This document shows positions 56,683-64,000 of a DNA stretch of 64,000 nt, in pieces. The notes beneath the pieces are model-generated. The model did not search any database and was not told where the DNA came from. It saw only the letters and a program-made list of their open reading frames with translations. The translations under genes were made by a program, and so were the position numbers. How positions within the stretch are numbered: the stretch's first letter is position 1; every line of letters starts with the position of its first letter. Source of the DNA: Octopus vulgaris (Eukaryota); the NCBI GenBank assembly GCA_951406725.2, contig OX597832.1:19716001-19780000 (forward strand), given 5' to 3'.

Positions 56683-57090
56683 GGCCGTGTGGTAAGTAGC
56701 TTGCTTACCAACCACATGGTTCCGGGTTCAGTCCCACTGCGTGGCACCTTGGGTAAAGTGTCTTCTACTATAGCCTCGGGCTGACCAAAGCCTTGTAAGT
56801 GGATTTGGTAGACGGAAACAGAAAGAAGCCCGTCGTATATGTGTACATATATATATATGAATATATGTATGTGTTTGTATATGTTTGTGTGTCTGTGTTT
56901 GTCTCCCCACCAACATCGCTTGACAACCGATGCTGGTGTGTTTGCGTCCCCGTAACTTAGCGGTTCGGCAAAAGAGACCGTTAAAATAAATACTAGTCTT
57001 ACAAAGAATAAGTCCTAGGGTCGGTTTGCTCGATTAAATGCGGTGATCCAGCATGGCCACAGTCAAATGACTGAAACAAGTAAAAGAGTA
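56683..57090 (+). mobile_element. SINE family A, near full length
   Basis: A box tggccgtgtggtaag, B box ggttcagtccc, central (TA)/(TG) tract, conserved tail; a partial head also at ~56197-56310. Confidence 0.9.
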
Positions 57091-57146
57091 CTAAATTCGA
57101 AGCCTTCCAATCTCTACAGTACATTTCCTCCTCTCACAGTCAGAAA

Positions 57147-57532
57147 TCTCTCTCTATATAAAGCTGAAGTTGTCTGCGTATGGCATGTTTGGTAGCATTC
57201 AACTAACACTATCTCCTCCGAGACTCTGCGGGGCAACTTGACCAAAATTGAGGGTATGGCTTGCTCTTCCTTCCGTCGAAGAAAAAATTCAAATCAGACC
57301 ATGTTAACACCAAAAAGTATTTAGATAAAAAAGGTGCTGTTTTTTCTATGAAAATCCCTTTTTTTTTTTACGGTTTTTTGTCTGCTGTGTCGCCATTTTT
57401 CGGTGTATTTCAAACAGAAAATTGTTCACTTAAAGAGAATAACAAGCTACATAATGCAAAATTTTTACTTTTCAAAAATTCCAATTCTAAAGGGTCGAAA
57501 TAAACCCGAGCAACGCTGGGTGATTCTGCTAG
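57147..57532 (+). mobile_element. Non-autonomous Helitron
   Basis: A|TC start, 3' hairpin acccgagcaacgctgggt, CTAG|T end; homolog at 42229-42612. Confidence 0.8.
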
Positions 57533-57819
57533 TATCATATAAAGTGGCAGTCAATTATGAAAGTATATTTAATCGCCAATCTTATTTAACACCAACAATT
57601 TAATAATATTGCGCTTAAGAAACACTTGTTAAATGAGTAAAAGCAACCAGTAGCGGCGTAGTAGTACCTATTGTGCGAAGGATTAAACACTGGGTTCTAT
57701 TTAGTTATGTTTGTTTTGGGTACAAATAACACCAAGGCGACACAGAATCGGTAGATCAACTTTGCCATTCATTTGTTCAAAGTTGATAAATAATGTGACA
57801 GTTCGGTGCTTGAATTGAC

Positions 57820-59305
57820 TTCTTGTCTTTCGTGTTTTCCTTTTCTTCTCTTTCTTCTCTAGATTTTTTCTATTTTTTTCTTCTATATCATTCCGAATTT
57901 TCACTTTTTCTTTCATGCTTGCTTAATTTCTTTCTCTCGCTTTTCTTCTCTTTCACATTTTTCAGTCTTTCTTTCATACACGTTGAATTTCGTTCATTCT
58001 CTTTTTCTTCTCACTTGTTTTCACTTTTTCTTTCATACTCACAGAGTATCTTTCATTCTGTTTTTCTTTTCTCTCGTTCTATTTTTTCACTTTTTCTTTC
58101 ATACTCGCTGAATTTCATTCATTCTCTTTTTCTCTCTTGTTCTTTTCTTTCATTTTTTTCTTTCATACTCGCTGAATTTCTTTCATTCTCTTTGCCTTCT
58201 CTCTTGTTCTTTTTTTCACTTTTCCTTTCATTTTGGCCGAATTTCTTTCATTCTCTTTTACTCTTTTGTTCTTTTCTTTCATTTTTTCCTTCATACCCGT
58301 TAAATTTCATTCATTCTCTTTGTCTTCTCTTTTGTTCTTTTTTTCACTTTTTCTTTCATTTTCGCCAAATTTCTTTCATTCTCTTTTGTTCACTTTTTCT
58401 TTCGTACCTGCTAATTTCTTTCTCTCTTTTCTCTTCTCTCTCGTTCTCTTTCTGCTTTTCTTTCATGCACGCTTAATTCTTTTCTCTCCTTTTTCTACTC
58501 TCTCGTTCTTTTTTTTTTCGCTTTTTCTATCTCACTTAATTTCTTTCTGTCTTTTTTCTTTTCTCTCATTTTTTTAAAAAATCGCTTTGTTTCCTACTCG
58601 CTGAATTTCTTACACTCTCTTTCTTCTCTCTCATTCTTTTTTTTCAGTTTTCCTTTCCTGCTTGCTTGATTTCTTTCCCTCTTTATTTTCTCTCTCTCAG
58701 TTTTCAATTTTTTTTCATACTCGCTGAATTTCTTTCATTTTATTTTTCTTCTCTCCCGTTCTTTTTTCACTGTTTCTTTCCTACTCGTTGAATTTCTTCC
58801 ATTCGCTTTTTCTCATTTGTTATTTTTTCATTTTTTTTTATTTCATACTCATTGAATTTCTTTCATTCTCTTTTTTCTTCTGTCACATTCTTTTTTCACT
58901 TTTTCTTTCCTACTCATTTAATTTCTTGCTCTCTTTTTTCTTATCTCTCGTTCTTTTTTTCAATTTTTATTTCCTGCTCGTTTAATGCCCGTCTTTCTTT
59001 TTCTTCTTCTCTACTTTTCTTCTCTCTTTCTGCTTTTTTTTTGGTTTTCCTTCTCCTTTTCTGGTTTTCTTATTTGTCTAACTTTTCTCTCTCTTTTCTC
59101 TTCTTTCTTTCCTTCTGTCTTTTTACTTACTCTCTCTCTCTCATTTCTCTCTCTTTCTTCTTTTCTCCCTTCTCTCTCCTTCATTATATTTCTCTGTTCA
59201 TTTTTTCTCTGCTTTTCTTCTCTCTCTCTCTGTTTCTTTTTTGCTTCTCTCTTTCTGCTTGTCTACTATATCATTCTTCCCTGTTCTCTTTCCCCTCTTT
59301 TTTTC
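57820..59305. repeat. Degenerate pyrimidine-rich minisatellite
   Basis: Recurring ttttcactttttctttcatactcgctgaatttctttcattctc unit decaying into a C/T tract. Confidence 0.85.
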
Positions 59306-59904
59306 TGGAAGAAATCAGCTGTAATCAAGCATAGACAATGATGGCCAAACGAAGTTTTAAAATGCCTAACATTCAACAAACATCACGATGAGGCGACTCT
59401 ATCAGGAACTGAGATCTCTAACATAAGACAAGGCCATCAAGCTCGATTTTGTCATTCACCCTCTCAATATAGGTACAAGAAGGAAAAGACATTTCTTCTT
59501 AATTGTTTGACCATAAAGAAAGTGTCGTGTCCTTGTTTTATGACAGGCCTCCAAGCCAAGTGAGATCGATATTATTCATGTTATTCGTGAAAGGCTGCAA
59601 GACGATGTTTTCAAGACAAGCAATCAATTGAATAGGTTTTCGTTCGGATAACAATGTGGTGAGGAAGGAGAGAGAGAGAGAAAATTCCTGCTATGTGATT
59701 AGGAGAATGAACATGATGTGGGTGAAGCTAAAAGGAGGGTGTACAGCAACGTGTGAGTTGGACGAGCTTAAGGGAAAATAGCATGAGGCCAGCTATTCAG
59801 AGGAAGAAGATGTCACTATAGTAACAAGATGGAAAAACTACACGTATTTGGGTAATAGGTTATATTATTTTTATCTCATTTTTGGAAGAATATTTACGGC
59901 ACCG

Positions 59905-60027
59905 GATGTAAAGCTTAGCGGCATTTCTTCCAGCTTTAAGACCTGAGTTCAAATACTGCCGAAGCCCATTTTACCTTTCATCGTTTCGGGGCCGATAAAA
60001 TAGGTACGACTAAAGAACTGGTGTCAA
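59905..60027 (+). mobile_element. SINE family D fragment
   Basis: gagttcaaatactgccga..cctttcatcgtttcggggccgataaaa. Confidence 0.7.
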
Positions 60028-60063
60028 TGATATACATGCATACATATATACATACATATATAC

Positions 60064-60099
<36 letters not shown>

Positions 60100-60124
60100 G
60101 TAGATATATATGCGCATACTTACT

Positions 60125-60203
<79 letters not shown>

Positions 60204-60208
<5 letters not shown>

Positions 60209-60410
60209 TAATCCAAACAAGAAAACACAAAAAACACACAACAACGCGAAGCCGTGGAACAAATATAGTATTATTGGACGCTCAGGAAAGAAGGGAAGAA
60301 GGAGGGTTTAACGTTTCGAGCGGAGCTCGACGTCGGAAACATAGAAGAAGGTAAGATCCTGAGAAGGGAAGACAGAGGAAAAAAAATCGCCAACGGTACA
60401 CACGAGGTCA
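60204..60410 (-). mobile_element. PLE-terminus-like unit with HHR-like motif (60306-60340)
   Basis: Minus strand: gttt-CCGACG-tc-gagc-tcc-gctc-GAAA-cg-TT-aaac; abuts (TA)n. Confidence 0.68.
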
Positions 60411-60947
60411 CTTGTTGCCAACTACGATTATTCGTTGTTTTTGAAGTGGTGATCAATGTTGACGGATCGACATCTTTCTCGGCTTTGAATATCATTACAT
60501 CTAAGAATGACTTGAAATAGAAAACTGATCTCGTTATTGTTGTTGTTATTTTTTTGTTTTATTTCGTTTCGTTTTTGTACAACCTCTCCTTCTTTTACAA
60601 TAAATATGGCCTCGTTAAATTGACAATATCATACGCATACGTATACTGATTTTAGTGAGGGTGTGTGTCTGTGCGTATATATATATTTGAGTTGGTGTGT
60701 ATATATGTATATCATCGACGCTAGTTCCCCTAAAATTGGTAGTCTTGTGTTAAAAAACCTGAAGCCACTACATCTACCACCTTTCAATTGTAAGATGTGT
60801 GATGATGTGCCTATATTATTGAAATGAAGGCCTTTTACAGGATGAATTACAATTTTTGTAGTAGTAGTATTAGTAGTAATAGTAGTAGTAGTAATATTAG
60901 TGTTGGTGGTTGTGGTGGAGGTGGTATTATAATTATTATTATTATTA

Positions 60948-60981
<34 letters not shown>

Positions 60982-61007
60982 CAGTAGTATTAGAAGTAGT
61001 AGTAGTT

Positions 61008-61055
<48 letters not shown>

Positions 61056-61199
61056 GTAGCAGTAGTAGTAGTAGTAAATTTCGTGTGTGTCCAGTATTTT
61101 CAGTTTTTGCAGCCATAATGCATCGAAGACTACATTATCAAATATGCTTCTTTTTCGAAAAAAAGTTTAGCTGTTAATTCAGTTTCATTCCTTTTTACT

Positions 61200-61390
61200 G
61201 TAAGCACGAAATCCTGAAGTTTTGTGAAGAAGGGGATAGTCGATTATATCAACCCCAGTGCTTGAATAGCACGGATTTTACCGACCCCGTAAAGATGAGA
61301 GGCAAAAATCCACCTCGGTGGAATTTGAGCTCAGAAGTTAAAGACGGTCAAAATGCCGCGAAACACTTTGTCCAGTGAGCTAACGATTAT
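61200..61390 (-). mobile_element. SINE family D
   Basis: ccgaccccgtaaagatgagaggcaaa..cctcggtggaatttgagctcag. Confidence 0.7.
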
Positions 61391-61519
61391 TTTCTATTCT
61401 GGGCACACGATCCGAAATTTTTGAGGAGAAAGCCAGTTCTTATTTCTTTATTGGCCCACAAAGGGGCTAAACACAGAAGTGATAAACCAGTACGCAACTG
61501 GTGCTTAATTTATCGACAC

Positions 61520-61664
61520 CGGGACTTATTCTTTGTAAGCCTAGTACTTATTCTATCGGTCTGTTTTGCCGAACCGCTAAGTTACGGGGACGTAAATACA
61601 TCAACATCGGTTGTCAAGTGATGTTGGGGGTATAAACACAGACAAAGAAACATATATACACACG

Positions 61665-61724
<60 letters not shown>

Positions 61725-61830
61725 CATATACGACGGGCTTCTTTCAGTTTCCGTATACCAAATCCACTCAGAAGGCTTTGGTCGGAACCATGTGGCTGGT
61801 AAGCAATCTACTTACCACACAGCCACTCCA
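61520..61830 (-). mobile_element. SINE family A
   Basis: Reverse-complement homolog with internal (CA)n/(TA)n. Confidence 0.85.
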
Positions 61831-62187
61831 AGGAAAGAAACACACTAATATGTATATTTTTCACATCCACAACTACTTAAATATATATACGCAGACACAC
61901 ACCCTCACTAAAACCAGTATACGTTTGCGTATGATATTGTCAATTTAACGAGGCCATGTTATTGTAATAGTAGGAGAGGTTGTACAAAAACAAAACGGAA
62001 CAAAACAAAACAAAAAATAACGACGACAACAATAACGAGATCAGTTTTCTAATTCAAGTCATTCTTAGATGTAATGACATTGAAAGCCGGGAAAGATGTC
62101 GATCCGTCAAAATTGATCACCACTTCAAAAACAACGAAAAACACTAGTTTGCAACACACACACACGGATATATATATATATATATAT

Positions 62188-62297
<110 letters not shown>

Positions 62298-62635
62298 TCA
62301 TATGTATGTATATATCTAAACATACGTGTGTATTTATGCTTATGGCCGAATGTGTGTGAGTGTTCATTTAATTAATTAACTAGGTGGGAAATTTAAAATA
62401 ACTGGAATCCCTGATGTAAGTATTAGGGGACGGTTGTAGTTGTTTATTTTAAAATTATCTAGAAAAAATACTAGCCATACCCACTTAGTTTGCAAAGAAA
62501 TCAACTCGAGTTTTCTCCTTTTATTAACAATAACAATAGTCTATAAATATATCCGTTTACTCAATTTTTCCTTCTATACAAAACTTCTTCGAAAGTTCAT
62601 CTCTTCGCATATTTGTTTAATTTGTCTTTCTCTGA

Positions 62636-62683
<48 letters not shown>

Positions 62684-62759
62684 TATTTTATATGCCATGC
62701 CTCTGTCTGCTATTTTGAATTAGTCCTTTTTTATCCAGTAGGGTGTGTCCTGGTGGATG

Positions 62760-62793
<34 letters not shown>

Positions 62794-62866
62794 GCATATA
62801 TATACATATGTATACAAACATATATATATATACACGTGTTTGTGTATGTATATTTATATATATATG

Positions 62867-62979
<113 letters not shown>

Positions 62980-63476
62980 ATATATGTATATATATATATA
63001 TAACCAGAATAACAGTGAAACTATGAAAACAAAGATGGCTGTTTTCTCTTGATCTTGCAGTAGAATACCAACTAAAAATGATTGCGTTTATTTTTAAAAG
63101 ACCTATTTTGGGTGTCTCTCATTTTCTGCTAGTTTCATCCAGGCGTGTAGAAAGCCTGTATTCACGCAATGGGATCCATAGATTTCAGTAACAGCAGCAC
63201 AGCGAAACAGTGGAAGCATCACCAGCGCTGTAGTAATAGGACGATGGTGATGACAACGATGATGACGACACCTTAACAATCAGATGTAATAGACTTAGCC
63301 CTTTCCATGAAAACTGCTGGTAATGCGCCAAAATGTGCCAAAATTTGAAATCATTGAAAGAAGGGCGGTGTGCCTTGACCACAAACATTGCAATTGAGAA
63401 GTAATAGTGACAACAAAACGTGTGTCTTGAAATTCAAAGACAAGCCCTGGACCTGTGATCTTTAATGCATTTAGAA

Positions 63477-63737
63477 TAGTGATTCTCAACCGTGATCCCT
63501 TGGAGATCCCTGAACCTTTGCTGTTCCATAGAAAATTACTTTTTATTAAAATTTATGTGCAATAAATTACTTAATGCTTTTTCAATACACCAGATACCTT
63601 AACAATTTTTTATATGTAATTCCAAAGAATTTTTAATTATAATGGGATTTCTTAAAACATCAGATGGCTATAAGGGATCACCCGAGTACATATGGGAATC
63701 CAAGGGGTCCATAGCTGAAAATGCTTGAGAACTACTG
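63477..63737. mobile_element. hAT (Charlie-like) MITE, degenerate
   Basis: tagtgattctcaac ... ttgagaactactg termini; no clear TSD. Related solo right ends at ~47228 and ~38515. Confidence 0.6.
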
Positions 63738-63789
63738 GTTCTCAAAAGATCCCTTATAACAAAGCCTTAGACTAGTCCCCTAATAATCC

Positions 63790-63960
63790 TTTCCTCTGTA
63801 GATACAGAGCCTAAAATTTTGGAGGGTGGCGGCTGGTCGACTACATCATTACTAGTGATCAAGTGGTACTTGTTTTATCAACCCCGAAAGGATAAAAAGA
63901 AATCGGCAGTATTTGAACTTAGAGGGTAAAGACGGGCAAAATAACGATGTTGCTTATTCG
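63790..63960 (-). mobile_element. SINE family D, degenerate
   Basis: ttttatcaaccccgaaaggataaaa..atttgaacttag. Confidence 0.6.
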
Positions 63961-64000
63961 CTGCCGTAGTTTTGTCGTGACAAATGGTTTCAAATTTTGT

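Larger units (their letters stand above)
60414..62155. repeat. Long inverted repeat (arms ~60414-60700 and ~61866-62155)
   Basis: Arms are diverged reverse complements over ~290 bp around a ~1.15-kb spacer. Confidence 0.9.

Noticed and set aside
59340-59800. Possible RTE LINE remnant
   Set aside because: Only vague peptide resemblance; cannot be supported by eye.

Overview
AT-rich, microsatellite-saturated animal genomic DNA with no confidently identifiable host gene. The tRNA-derived SINE families and repeat make-up resemble an Octopus/coleoid cephalopod genome; this is inferred from remembered repeat families, not from a search. Nearly all ORF-track entries are simple-repeat artefacts. The only intact coding region is a 5'-truncated Penelope-like element (PLE; RT plus C-terminal GIY-YIG, Neptune-type, ~9690-11378), followed by a pseudo-LTR with CCAAT/TATA motifs and a minimal hammerhead ribozyme (HHR). 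The main hidden signal is about 15 HHR-like motifs on both strands, in short PLE-terminus units sitting in (TA)n or (TAA)n tracts. Three loci are inverted pairs. Several motifs carry non-canonical cores (U3-A8 compensatory, U4C, A6U, U.U at the base of stem II) and palindromic stem III sequences suited to dimeric folding. Also present: a decayed Hydra-type PLE endonuclease with its own HHR, mariner relics, Tc2/pogo-like, Merlin-like and hAT-like MITEs, non-autonomous Helitrons, a Helentron-type element, a TAA-targeted ~550-bp element, a 366-bp tandem duplication and a ~290-bp long inverted repeat. All structures were read by eye; none is experimentally or computationally validated.
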